In this document: positions 39,630 to 49,479 of the stretch, piece after piece
How positions within the stretch are numbered: position 1 is the first letter of the stretch
How the letters are laid out: each line of letters begins with the position of its first letter
Assembly: GCA_018303655.1 (NCBI GenBank)
Contig: JAGVXT010000023.1
Coordinates: forward strand, 30,394 to 94,393
Source: Candidatus Woesearchaeota archaeon
GTDB lineage: Archaea > Nanobdellota > Nanobdellia > Woesearchaeales > GW2011-AR4
Direction: 5' to 3'
Length of the DNA stretch: 64,000 bases
The notes under the pieces: generated by a model
The model's input: only the letters and a program-made list of their open reading frames with translations
Told to the model about the DNA's origin: nothing
The model's database searches: none
Program-made: the position numbers and the translations under genes

Positions 39630-41591
39630 ATGTCTTACATTGACTCAATTCTGAAAGAAAACAGGATTTTCTATCCGAGCCATGAGTTCAGCAGGAAATC
39701 CCATATAAAAAAAATACAGGAATATTCAAGGATTTACAAAAAATCTATTGAGAAGCCTGAGGCTTTCTGGGCAGAAAAGGCTTCGCAGCTTGACTGGTTC
39801 AGGAAATGGGACATTGTTTTCAGGAATGACCAAGGTTTTTTCAAGTGGTTTGAAGGAGGCTACCTTAATGCCTGCCATAACTGCCTTGATAAGAACATCA
39901 AGTCAGGAAAAAAAGACAAGATTGCCTATATATGGGAGTCTGAATCAGGAGAGCACAAAACCTATACTTATGGGCAGTTATTGAAAGAAGTATGCAGGTT
40001 GGCAAATGTATTAAAGAAAAAAGGCGTTAAAAAAGGACATGTTGTTGAAATCTATTTGCCTATGATACCGGAATTGCCGATTGCAATGCTTGCATGCGCA
40101 AGGATTGGCGCAATACACTCTGTTGTTTTTGCAGGGTTTAGTTCTGATGCATTGAAAGACAGAATACAGGACTCAAATGCAGAGTTGCTGATAACAGCAA
40201 ACGGGAGCTTCAGAAACGGAAAGATATATCCGTTAAAGGACAATGCTGATATTGCCCTGAAGGATTGTCCTACAATAAAAAATGTTGTTGTTGTAAAAAG
40301 AGCAGATAATAATGTTAATATTGCTGATGGAAGGGATTTTTGGTGGCATGAATTAATTAATGAAAAAGATATTGATGATTTTTGCGAGCCTGAAAGCATG
40401 CACTCTGAGGAGTCATTATTTATTCTATATACAAGCGGCACAACAGGCAAGCCAAAGGGAATTCTGCATACACAAGCCGGCTATCTGCTTTTTGCTTATC
40501 AGACTTTCAAATGGATTTTTGACATAAAAGACAATGATATTTATTTCTGCACAGCAGACATTGGATGGATTACAGGCCATTCCTACATTGTTTATGGCGC
40601 ACTGTCAAATGCAGCAACTATTGTCATGTATGAGGGCTCTCCTACATATCCAAATCCAGACAGGTTCTGGCGCATAGTTGAAAAATTTAAAGTGACTATT
40701 TTTTACACAGCTCCCACAGCGATAAGGGCGCTTGCGAAAGAAGGTGATGAATGGCCAAGCAAATGCAACTTAAGCAGCTTGAGATTGCTTGGCACAGTCG
40801 GCGAGCCGATAAACCCGGAAGCCTGGATGTGGTATCACAACATAATTGGAAAAAATAAATGCCCGGTAGTTGACACCTGGTGGCAAACCGAAACAGGCGG
40901 GATTATGATATCACCATTGCCAGGCGCAACTCCACTAAAGCCAGGATCCGCAACAAAGCCGTTTTTTGGAATAATTGCAGATGTCTTGAGGGAGGATGGA
41001 AGCAAAGCAAATGTCAATGAAGGGGGTTATTTAGTCATTAAAAATCCATGGCCTGGCATGCTGAGAACTGTATGGAATGATCCTGAAAGGTACAAGCACA
41101 CATATTTTGAAAAATTTGGAGTGTATTTGACAGGAGACAGCGCAAAGATCGATGAAGATGGCTATTTCTGGATCATGGGCAGGATTGATGATGTAATAAA
41201 AGTTGCAGGCCATAGAATTGGGAGCGCAGAGGTTGAAAGCTCTTTAGTCAGCCATGAGTCAGTTGCAGAAGCAGCTGTTGTGCCGTTTCCACATGAAATA
41301 AAAGGCCAGGCAATTTATGCCTTTGTTGTTTTAAAGAAAGGAATAAAAAAAAGCGAGGAATTGAAAGAAAAATTAAAAAATCATGTTTCGCAGCATATTG
41401 GCCCGATTGCAAAGCCCGATAAAATACAATTTGCAGATGACCTTCCAAAAACAAGAAGCGGCAAGATAATGAGGCGAATTCTGAAAGCTATAGCAGAAGG
41501 CTCAGCAGATTATGGCAATATAATGACCTTGGCAGACCCGAGCGTTGTTGATAATCTTGCAAAGAATAGAGTGAAGAAGCGATACATTTAA
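39630..41591 (+). CDS. acs: AMP-forming acetyl-CoA synthetase
   Basis: YTSGTTGKPKG, ADIGWITGHSY, DTWWQTETG, PKTRSGKIMRR. Confidence 0.95.
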   Translation: MSYIDSILKENRIFYPSHEFSRKSHIKKIQEYSRIYKKSIEKPEAFWAEKASQLDWFRKWDIVFRNDQGFFKWFEGGYLNACHNCLDKNIKSGKKDKIAYIWESESGEHKTYTYGQLLKEVCRLANVLKKKGVKKGHVVEIYLPMIPELPIAMLACARIGAIHSVVFAGFSSDALKDRIQDSNAELLITANGSFRNGKIYPLKDNADIALKDCPTIKNVVVVKRADNNVNIADGRDFWWHELINEKDIDDFCEPESMHSEESLFILYTSGTTGKPKGILHTQAGYLLFAYQTFKWIFDIKDNDIYFCTADIGWITGHSYIVYGALSNAATIVMYEGSPTYPNPDRFWRIVEKFKVTIFYTAPTAIRALAKEGDEWPSKCNLSSLRLLGTVGEPINPEAWMWYHNIIGKNKCPVVDTWWQTETGGIMISPLPGATPLKPGSATKPFFGIIADVLREDGSKANVNEGGYLVIKNPWPGMLRTVWNDPERYKHTYFEKFGVYLTGDSAKIDEDGYFWIMGRIDDVIKVAGHRIGSAEVESSLVSHESVAEAAVVPFPHEIKGQAIYAFVVLKKGIKKSEELKEKLKNHVSQHIGPIAKPDKIQFADDLPKTRSGKIMRRILKAIAEGSADYGNIMTLADPSVVDNLAKNRVKKRYI

Positions 41592-41743
41592 ATATTAGTT
41601 ATCTATATAGTGTAATAACTCATCAGTTAATATAACTAATTACCATTTTGTAATGGAATTACTACTAACTGATAAAAAATAATAACATTTTAATAGTAGT
41701 GGTTTTTATCCCCTACCCAATAATAAAAGGGGGGTGTGTTTAA

Positions 41744-42542
41744 ATGATAGTTAAAGATGAATTTTTGGGCAAACTGAGGGGGTTCTTTTCACTGAACCTT
41801 TACGAAGTAAAGATATGGACTGCTTTGCTTAGCAGGGGGGTTTCTACAGCAGGAGAGCTTTCTGATATAGCAAACGTGCCAAGAAGCAGAAGCTACGAAA
41901 AAAGGGTTTGTTGTGATGAAGCTAGGCAAGCCTATAAAATATATTGCTGTGCCTCCAAAAGAGGTTGTTGAGAGAGTAAAGAAAAACGTGCAGGATTATG
42001 CAAAGGAAGAGGTGAAAAAATTAAGTGACTTGAAAAATACAGAGGTTATTGATGAATTAAGCACTCTGCATACTCAAGGCGTTGAACTTATTGAGCCAGC
42101 TGATTTAAGTGGTTCCTTAAGGGGAAGGCATAATTTGTACAACCATTTGGAATTGACAATAAGGAATGCAGAGGAAAGCGTCACATTGATGACAACTTCC
42201 CAAGGATTTTTAAGAAAGGTTGAGGGCTTAAAACCAACTTTTGAAAAATTAAAGAAAAGGGGAGTTAAGATAAGAATAGCTGCTCCTCTTACAAAAGAGT
42301 CGTTGCCTGCCTTGAAAGAGCTGCAAGGGATTGCAGAAGTCAGGAACACAGACAATAGAGCAAGATTCTGCATTGTTGACGGCAAGGAGATGATATTTAT
42401 GGTTTTGGATGACAATGAAGTCCATCCAACATATGATGTTGGCATTTGGGTCAACACTCCGTTCTTTGCAAGCGCCCTTGAAAACCTGTTCGAGCTTGCG
42501 TGGAAAAACATGAAGCCCGCATCTGAAGTTGTAAAAAGATAA
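41744..42542 (+). pseudogene. TrmB-family regulator interrupted by a frameshift near 41897
   Basis: ...VPRSRSY in one frame continues as KKGFVVMKLGKP in the +1 frame; intervening helix residues appear missing. Confidence 0.75.
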
Positions 42543-42613
42543 TTCTTCTTTTTTATTTTAATTTTTAATGCAAAAGTATAAAAAATAAGGCTAATTCTAT
42601 ATACATAAATAAG

Positions 42614-43459
42614 ATGGCAAAAAAATACCTTGTTTCAGGTTTAAATCAAAAAGCAAAAGAATTAAGAAAGGACATCATAACTATGATTTACAATGCCCAA
42701 TCCGGCCATCCTGGAGGGTCATTAAGCGCGATTGATGTTCTTGTTGGATTGTATTACCACAAATTAAGGGTTGATTCCAAAAATCCTTTGTGGCAGGACA
42801 GGGACAGGTTTGTGCTCAGCAAAGGCCATTGCAGCCCTGCAATATACTCTGTTCTGGCTGACAAAGGCTACTTTCCAAAATCTGAACTTGAAGGATACAG
42901 AAAAATCAACAGTATGCTTCAGGGACATCCTGAGTTAAGCACGCCAGGAATTGATTTTGCAGGCGGGGCGCTTGGCCAGGGTGTTTCGTTTGCGCTTGGA
43001 ATTGCGCTTGCTTGCAGATTGGATAAAAAAAATTGCAGTGTTTATGCTATGATTGGCGATGGCGAAATGCAGGAAGGCGCTGTATGGGAAGCTGCGATGG
43101 CGGCTGTTTTCCACAAACTGGACAATTTAATTGTTATTCTTGACAAAAACCAGGTGCAGCAGACAGGAAAAACCAAAGAGATTATGGACATTGGGAATGC
43201 TGGCCTGAAATGGAAGGCATTTGGGTGGAATGTCATAGACATCAACGGGCATGACATGCAGCAGATTTTGAAAGCCCTTGACAAAGCCTCTAAAATAAAG
43301 AATAAGAAACCTACAATTATTATTTCAAACACCATCAAGGGAAAAGGCGTTTCATTCATGGAACTTAATCATAAGTTTCATGGCAAAGCACCAAATGATG
43401 AAGAGTACAAAAAGGCAATTGAAGAGATAGAAAAGATTGATGTTAAAAAGTTTAAGTAA
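42614..43459 (+). CDS. Transketolase N-terminal subunit
   Basis: SGHPGGSLS, LSKGH, GDGEMQEG, TIKGKG. Confidence 0.94.
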   Translation: MAKKYLVSGLNQKAKELRKDIITMIYNAQSGHPGGSLSAIDVLVGLYYHKLRVDSKNPLWQDRDRFVLSKGHCSPAIYSVLADKGYFPKSELEGYRKINSMLQGHPELSTPGIDFAGGALGQGVSFALGIALACRLDKKNCSVYAMIGDGEMQEGAVWEAAMAAVFHKLDNLIVILDKNQVQQTGKTKEIMDIGNAGLKWKAFGWNVIDINGHDMQQILKALDKASKIKNKKPTIIISNTIKGKGVSFMELNHKFHGKAPNDEEYKKAIEEIEKIDVKKFK

Positions 43460-43467
43460 AACAACCG

Positions 43468-43696
43468 TTCCGCCAGTTGACGGCGGGAAACTATCGAAAA
43501 TGCTTTGCATTTTCGGAAATTGCGACTACGTCGCAAATTGGAGAATTTAAGGAATTCTCCAAAGTCCCAAAAACCTTTGGTTTTTGATACTTTTTTGCGA
43601 AAAAATTTTCATCAAATGTCGAAAATCAGAGATTTTCGAGCACGACCGAAAATTGCAAAGCAATTTATCGGCGAAATGTACCATCTTCGATGGCAC
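43468..43696. repeat. Array of about 9 adjacent short hairpins, mostly with 3-nt loops
   Basis: For example CGAAAATGC-TTT-GCATTTTCG, TTGCGAC-TAC-GTCGCAA, CAAAAACC-TTT-GGTTTTTG, TCGAAAATC-AGA-GATTTTCGA. Confidence 0.8.
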
Positions 43697-43719
43697 GAAA
43701 AATAAAAGATTAAATAAAA

Positions 43720-44661
43720 ATGTCAGAACAAAAATTAGCAACAAGAGACGGGTATGGCAAGGCTCTGCTGGAATTGGGAAAGATAAATCCAAATGTTGTT
43801 GCCCTTGACGCTGACTTGAGCGACAGCACAAGAAGCGAGTATTTTGCAAAGCAGTTTCCAGAAAGGTTTTTTTCAATGGGAATTGCAGAGCAGGACATGG
43901 TAGGCGCTGCAGCAGGTCTTGCTTTTTCCGGAAAGATTCCATATGCAAGCACGTTTGCTGTCTTCAGCGAAAGGGCTTATGAATTTGTAAGGAATGTTGT
44001 GTCCAGAAATAAATTGAATGTTAAAATAACTGGCTCGCATGCCGGTATTTTCACGGGCGAAGATGGCAAATCAGCGCAGGCAATCGAGGACATTGCTGCT
44101 TATCGCGCTTTGCCGAACATGGTTGTTCTGCAGCCTTGCGACTCAGTTGAGGCTGAGAAGATGGTTTTTGCATTGGCTGACTATAAAGGCCCAAGCTACA
44201 TGAGAATGCACAGAAATCCTGTGCCCATAATTCATGATTCTGATTATAGGTTTGAAATAGGCAAAGGCGAAATTTTAAAGCAAGGCAAGGATGCTGTTAT
44301 TTTTGCAACAGGTACTCTGGTGCATGAAGCTTTGAAAGCAGCTGAAATTCTGAAAAGTGAAAGAATTGACGTTTTTGTTGTTAACATCCATACAATCAAG
44401 CCTCTTGATGTTAATTTAGCTATTGACTTGGCAAAGAAAACAAACTGCGTCATTACAGCAGAAGACCACAATGTAATTGGAGGATTGGGAGGGGCGGTTG
44501 CTGAAACTTTAAGCGAGAACTATCCCTGCATCATGAAAAGAATTGGATTAAATGACAAGTATGCAGAATCCGGCAAGCCTGATGAGCTGTACAGGAAGTA
44601 TGGACTGGATGCTGATTCAATTGCAGAAGAAGCAATGAAATTTATCAATAAGAAGAGATAA
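43720..44661 (+). CDS. Transketolase C-terminal subunit
   Basis: GIAEQDMVG, GEDG, TIKPLD, EDHNVIGGLG. Confidence 0.94.
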   Translation: MSEQKLATRDGYGKALLELGKINPNVVALDADLSDSTRSEYFAKQFPERFFSMGIAEQDMVGAAAGLAFSGKIPYASTFAVFSERAYEFVRNVVSRNKLNVKITGSHAGIFTGEDGKSAQAIEDIAAYRALPNMVVLQPCDSVEAEKMVFALADYKGPSYMRMHRNPVPIIHDSDYRFEIGKGEILKQGKDAVIFATGTLVHEALKAAEILKSERIDVFVVNIHTIKPLDVNLAIDLAKKTNCVITAEDHNVIGGLGGAVAETLSENYPCIMKRIGLNDKYAESGKPDELYRKYGLDADSIAEEAMKFINKKR

Positions 44662-44757
44662 ACAATACAATGAACATTTATAAAATTCAACAAAACGAGA
44701 GCGACTTTTATATGTATATGGTGATAAAAGTGAACCGTTTTTGATTGCTTAAATAAA

Positions 44758-45186
44758 ATGCAAAGCTGGGTTTTTTACGGGATTGTTGCTGCAATTTGCT
44801 TTGGAATTAACACAATACTTTACAAAATTGCCTCCCAAAAGGGAAATTTTTCTCCTGCATTTGGCAGCCTTGTTTTTGGAATCGGGATTCTGATTGCTTT
44901 TCTTGTTTATTTTTTTGCAAAGCCTTCATTGCAGTTTGAGTGGAAATCAACTATACTTGCAATTGCTGCAGGAATAATCTGGGCGATAGGCTTTTTAGCC
45001 ATAGCAATTGCAATATCTCAAAAAGGTGAAGTTGCAAAGCTAGCCCCTTTGTATAATGCGAATACAATAATTGCAGTTATTCTTGGGATTGTTTTGCTCA
45101 AAGAAGTTCCTGACATGTCGCAGATGTGGAGGGTGGTTGCAGGAGCAGTAATGATTGTTGTAAGAGCTGTTTTGGTGAGTGTATAG
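44758..45186 (+). CDS. EamA/DMT-family small transporter
   Basis: About 5 TM, GEVAKLAPL, GIVLLKE. Confidence 0.82.
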   Translation: MQSWVFYGIVAAICFGINTILYKIASQKGNFSPAFGSLVFGIGILIAFLVYFFAKPSLQFEWKSTILAIAAGIIWAIGFLAIAIAISQKGEVAKLAPLYNANTIIAVILGIVLLKEVPDMSQMWRVVAGAVMIVVRAVLVSV

Positions 45187-45244
45187 AAGGAAAAAGTGTT
45201 GAAGAAGAAGTTAATTAAATAAAATTTATTATTGAGGTGGAATT

Positions 45245-45436
45245 ATGAAATCTACAGTAAAGGGCGGAATAAAAGAAGATATTTATAATATTGTTATGGA
45301 TAAAAAAATTGATACCTTAAGGAAAGAAATTTGGATTACAATATTCAAAGAGCGTGGAGATTTATCAGATTGTGATGTTGTTATGGCATTAGGTATTGTT
45401 CAATACGAATTAATACATCATTCTGACGAAAAATAA
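45245..45436 (+). CDS. Small hypothetical protein
   Basis: GAGGTGG RBS, 63-aa ORF. Confidence 0.55.
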   Translation: MKSTVKGGIKEDIYNIVMDKKIDTLRKEIWITIFKERGDLSDCDVVMALGIVQYELIHHSDEK

Positions 45437-45480
45437 TCCCCAAACAAACCTTTTTATACCATATTTCTAATCTTCAAATT

Positions 45481-46617
45481 ATGCCTCAACAATACAACAT
45501 TAAAGACGCAAAAAGTCATGAATCTGCTCATGACAGGAAAGTTAAGGAATTGGAGGAAGAGCTTTCAACTACAAAGTACAATAAAAAAACCCAAGGCCAT
45601 ATTGGGTTAGTAAAGGCAAAACTAGCCAAAATAAAGGAAGAATACCAAAGAAAAGCTGCTTCAAAGGGAAAGGGAGAAGGTTTTTCAGTTAAAAGAAGCG
45701 GAGATGCGACTGCAATAATTGTAGGGTTTCCAAGCGTTGGAAAATCAACATTGCTCAACGCAATAACAAATGCAAACTCTCCAGTTGGGGCATATGCATT
45801 CACAACCTTGACATGTATCCCTGGATTAATGGAATACAACCATTCAAAGATACAGGTATTGGATGTTCCAGGAATTGTTGAAGGTGCTGCAACAGGAAGG
45901 GGAAGAGGCAAAGAAGTTCTAGCGTGCGCGCAAAGCGCTGACTTGGTCATTATCCTGCTTGATGTCTTTCACCCGGAGCATCTTGAAGTTGTCAAAAGGG
46001 AAATATTTGAAACCGGATTAAGAATAAACCAAAAGCCGCCCCAAGTCAAGATTTCAAAAAAAGCAAGAGGGGGCATTGATATTGGTACAACAGTAAAACT
46101 GACAAAAATAAATAAAGAAACAATTATGGGGATTTTAAAGGAATTCAGGCTGGACAATTCCAGCATTGTGGTAAGGGAGGACATAACTGATGACCAGCTG
46201 ATTGATGTGATAGAAGGCAACAAAAAATATATCCCGTCTATAACTGTGCTGAACATGATAGACATGGTTAGTGCAAAGGAACTGGAAAGAATCAAGTCAA
46301 TCACAAAGCCTGACATCTGCATATCAGCTGAAAAGAGAATAAGCACAGAAGAGCTTAAAGGGCTGATTTTCAAGAAGCTTGATTTTATAAGGATTTTTTG
46401 CAAGGAAGTTGGCAAAAAAGCTGATGTTGATGTTCCCCTGATAATGAGAAAAGGAAACAATCTGAGAAACGTTTGCGAAAAGCTTCACAAGGATTTCATT
46501 TCAAAATTCAGGTTTGCAAGGGTCTGGGGAAAAAGCGTGAAGTTTGATTCAATGATTATAAAAAACCTTGAGCACAGGCTGGAAGACAGGGATATTGTTG
46601 AGATACATTTGAGTTAA
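45481..46617 (+). CDS. DRG/Rbg-family GTPase with TGS domain
   Basis: GFPSVGKST, YAFTT, DVPG, ARVWGKS. Confidence 0.92.
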   Translation: MPQQYNIKDAKSHESAHDRKVKELEEELSTTKYNKKTQGHIGLVKAKLAKIKEEYQRKAASKGKGEGFSVKRSGDATAIIVGFPSVGKSTLLNAITNANSPVGAYAFTTLTCIPGLMEYNHSKIQVLDVPGIVEGAATGRGRGKEVLACAQSADLVIILLDVFHPEHLEVVKREIFETGLRINQKPPQVKISKKARGGIDIGTTVKLTKINKETIMGILKEFRLDNSSIVVREDITDDQLIDVIEGNKKYIPSITVLNMIDMVSAKELERIKSITKPDICISAEKRISTEELKGLIFKKLDFIRIFCKEVGKKADVDVPLIMRKGNNLRNVCEKLHKDFISKFRFARVWGKSVKFDSMIIKNLEHRLEDRDIVEIHLS

Positions 46618-47112
46618 ATGGTAACATTAAATGAAATTGTGAAAGGAGCAGTAAATTTCTTTAATATCGAAAAGTACGTAAAACCAGAACTAGAATTGGA
46701 CGAAAGAATGAACCAACATTATAAACCTATGTTTACAATAGTTAATCATGAGCATGAATTACCACATATTGTAAAAAATCTCTATGCAAATGCTCTTGAT
46801 GCAATTACAGAGAAATTTGGTAAATATCATAAAACTAGAGGTGTGTTACGATTAAAAACTTATATAAAAGATGATTATGATGTTCTTGAAATTTTTGATA
46901 ATGGTATAGGAATGGATGAAGAAACAAAGCGAAGATTTCATGAAGATGGATTCACAACTAAAAAAGGTAAAGACCAATTGCGGCTATGTGGAGGAGTAGG
47001 AATAGGAATGAATGGATTTTTAAGAACTCTAGGATATTATCATGGCAGATATGAGCTAGAATCTAGACTGAATGAAGGCACAACATTCAGATTGTTTTTG
47101 TTACCAAAATAA
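46618..47112 (+). CDS. Stand-alone HATPase_c (GHKL) domain protein
   Basis: NLYANALDA (N box), DNGIGM (G1), GFTTK (F), GVGIGM (G2). Confidence 0.8.
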   Translation: MVTLNEIVKGAVNFFNIEKYVKPELELDERMNQHYKPMFTIVNHEHELPHIVKNLYANALDAITEKFGKYHKTRGVLRLKTYIKDDYDVLEIFDNGIGMDEETKRRFHEDGFTTKKGKDQLRLCGGVGIGMNGFLRTLGYYHGRYELESRLNEGTTFRLFLLPK

Positions 47113-47164
47113 TTCCTTCTCGCAACATTTAAATACAACTTCAACTTACCAAATTGCTTCAAAA

Positions 47165-47263
47165 ATGATAAAAAAAACTGAAAATCTAATGGCTAATGTC
47201 GGGTTTGCCTTCTACAGATTATTTTCAAGCTTCAAGTACTTCTTTTTTATTTTTAGGTATTGA
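47165..47263 (+). CDS. Putative Phe/Tyr-rich leader peptide (32 aa)
   Basis: MIKKTENLMANVGFAFYRLFSSFKYFFFIFRY, 8 Phe and 3 Tyr, upstream of aroK-pheS-pheT. Confidence 0.55.
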   Translation: MIKKTENLMANVGFAFYRLFSSFKYFFFIFRY

Positions 47264-47393
47264 TTAGCTATACGTTTTCAAAAGCTAATCCCGCTGTCTA
47301 AACATGATAAAACTACAAATAATGGCAAAGAATATAAATCATGATGTGTTGCTTAGCCATGATTTCATCAAAAGCTAAATGAGGTGGGTGAAA

Positions 47394-47900
47394 ATGAATA
47401 TAACTCTGATTGGTTTCAGGGGAACAGGCAAAACTTCCATTGCAAGGCTGCTGGCTGAAAGGCTTGGCAAGAAGCTGATTTCTACAGACGACGAGATATC
47501 CAAAAAGATGAAGATGAATCCGTCAAGCTTTGCAAAAAAGCACGGCCTGGACAAGTTAAGGGAGATTGAGTCAGATGTTATAGAGTACGTAAGCGATTTT
47601 GACGAGTGTGTTTTTGACACGGGCAGCAGCATTGTGATGAGAAATGAGAATATCATCAACCTAAAAAAAAATTCGTTGATAGTAATGCTTACAGCAGATA
47701 TAAGCACGATAAAGAATAGGCTGAAAAAAAGCAGGATGCCTTCCGGGCCAATGGCTTTTTTTGACAAAATAAAAGACACTCTTTACGAGCATGAGGCAAG
47801 GTGCAAAAGGGCTGCAGACTATGCAATAGACACCTCAAGATTAAATCCTGAAGAGGCCTGCGATTTGATAACTCATTATTTGCTGATGGAAATGCAGTGA
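47394..47900 (+). CDS. aroK: Bacterial-type (P-loop) shikimate kinase-like protein
   Basis: IGFRGTGKTS, STDDEI, REIE, TGSS at the TGGG position. Confidence 0.75.
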   Translation: MNITLIGFRGTGKTSIARLLAERLGKKLISTDDEISKKMKMNPSSFAKKHGLDKLREIESDVIEYVSDFDECVFDTGSSIVMRNENIINLKKNSLIVMLTADISTIKNRLKKSRMPSGPMAFFDKIKDTLYEHEARCKRAADYAIDTSRLNPEEACDLITHYLLMEMQ

Positions 47901-47958
47901 AATGCTGTTGGGGCATTATTAGGAATTATCTGGAGCATTTGCCTAAAAAAATGTTAAG

Positions 47959-49479
47959 ATGGAAATAAAGAAACTAGCGGAAAGCTTGAACCCTTCTGAG
48001 AGGAAAGTTTTCAAAGTTCTTGATAATTTCAGCTCTTTTCACGACATCATGAAAGTCACTGGATTAAAAGATGTTGAGGTCATGAGGGCGCTGCAGTGGT
48101 TGCAGAACAAGAATGTTGTAAAAATAGAGGAAAAGCAAAAAGAGCTTGTTTCGCTTGATGAAAACGGGCATAATTACTTAAAATATGGATTGCCTGAAAA
48201 GAGGTTTTTGGAGGCTGTAGAGAAATCAGAAAATATTTCAGGAATTTCTAAAAAAACAAATTTGAGCAGCGAAGAGATAGCAATATCATTAGGAACTTTA
48301 AAATCAAAAAATGCGATTGAGATAGAGAAAGGCAAGGAAATTGTTGTTTCCATCACAGAGCACGGAAAGCACCTTCTTAAGCATGGCTTTCCGGAAGAGC
48401 AGTTTTTAAAGGAGAATTTTCCAAGGGAGTTAAGCTCGTTAAATGAAGAAGAAAAGCTTGCTCTTGACAGCTTAAGAAAAAGAAAAAAAATTGTCAAAGT
48501 TGAACTGTCAAAGATAATCAGCGCAGAATTAACAGATATCGGGAAAAAGCTGCTGAAAGAGAATATTGATGATAATCTGATAGAAAAAATTACCCCATCT
48601 TTAATAAAAACAAATGCATGGAAAGGCAAAAAATTCAGAAGATTTGATGTAAAGATTAATGTCCCTTCAATTTTTGCAGGCAGAAAGCAGCATTACAGGA
48701 GATTTCTTGATGAGGTGAGGCAGAAATTTATTGCGCTTGGCTTCAAGGAGATGACAGGACCCTTGGTTGAAACTGATTTCTGGGACATGGACTCTTTGTT
48801 CATGCCGCAGTTCCATGCTGCAAGGGACATACATCAAGGATATTATATTAAAGAGCCAAAATATGCTAAGGATTTGCCAGAAAATGTTGTGAAAAATGTA
48901 AAGGCAGCGCATGAAAATGGGTTTAATACTGGCTCGAAAGGCTGGCGATATGAGTTTGATGTAAAAAGAACTCACAGGCACATGCTGAGAACTCAGGGAA
49001 CTGCATGCTCTGCAAGAATGCTTGCATCCAAAGACTTACAAATACCGGGCAAATATTTTGCAATAGCAAGGTGCTTTAGATATGACGTAACTGATGCAAC
49101 ACATTTGTCCGATTTTTTCCAAACAGAAGGCATAGTTGTTGAAGAAGGTTTAAATTTTAGGCACTTGAAAGGCTTGCTTAGAATGTTCGCTGAGGAGTTT
49201 ACAGAAACTTCTCAAATAAAAATAGTCCCGGGATATTATCCCTATACAGAACCCAGCGCTTCATTATATGCGAAACACCCACAGCTTGATTGGATAGAGC
49301 TGGGAGGCTCTGGAATTTTCAGGCCAGAAATGGTTAAGCCATTGCTTGGAAGGGAAGTTCCTGTTTTGGCATGGGGCATAGGAATCGACAGGTTGGCAAT
49401 GTTCAAGCTTGGAATCAAGGATATCAGGCAGTTATTTTCTCATGATTTGGAATTTTTAAGAAACGCTAAGGTGGTTTAA
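47959..49479 (+). CDS. pheS: Phenylalanyl-tRNA synthetase alpha subunit
   Basis: FMPQFHAARD, FRYD...DATH, YYPYTEPS, GIFRPE. Confidence 0.95.
   Translation: MEIKKLAESLNPSERKVFKVLDNFSSFHDIMKVTGLKDVEVMRALQWLQNKNVVKIEEKQKELVSLDENGHNYLKYGLPEKRFLEAVEKSENISGISKKTNLSSEEIAISLGTLKSKNAIEIEKGKEIVVSITEHGKHLLKHGFPEEQFLKENFPRELSSLNEEEKLALDSLRKRKKIVKVELSKIISAELTDIGKKLLKENIDDNLIEKITPSLIKTNAWKGKKFRRFDVKINVPSIFAGRKQHYRRFLDEVRQKFIALGFKEMTGPLVETDFWDMDSLFMPQFHAARDIHQGYYIKEPKYAKDLPENVVKNVKAAHENGFNTGSKGWRYEFDVKRTHRHMLRTQGTACSARMLASKDLQIPGKYFAIARCFRYDVTDATHLSDFFQTEGIVVEEGLNFRHLKGLLRMFAEEFTETSQIKIVPGYYPYTEPSASLYAKHPQLDWIELGGSGIFRPEMVKPLLGREVPVLAWGIGIDRLAMFKLGIKDIRQLFSHDLEFLRNAKVV

Noticed and set aside
41897..41904. 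Programmed -1 frameshift at AAAAAAG
   Set aside because: The downstream frame is +1 and conserved residues would still be missing
43468..43696. CRISPR array
   Set aside because: No constant direct repeat with regular spacers
43505..43808. ORFs across the hairpin array, and similarly 12099-12452
   Set aside because: By-products of palindromic DNA with no protein motifs
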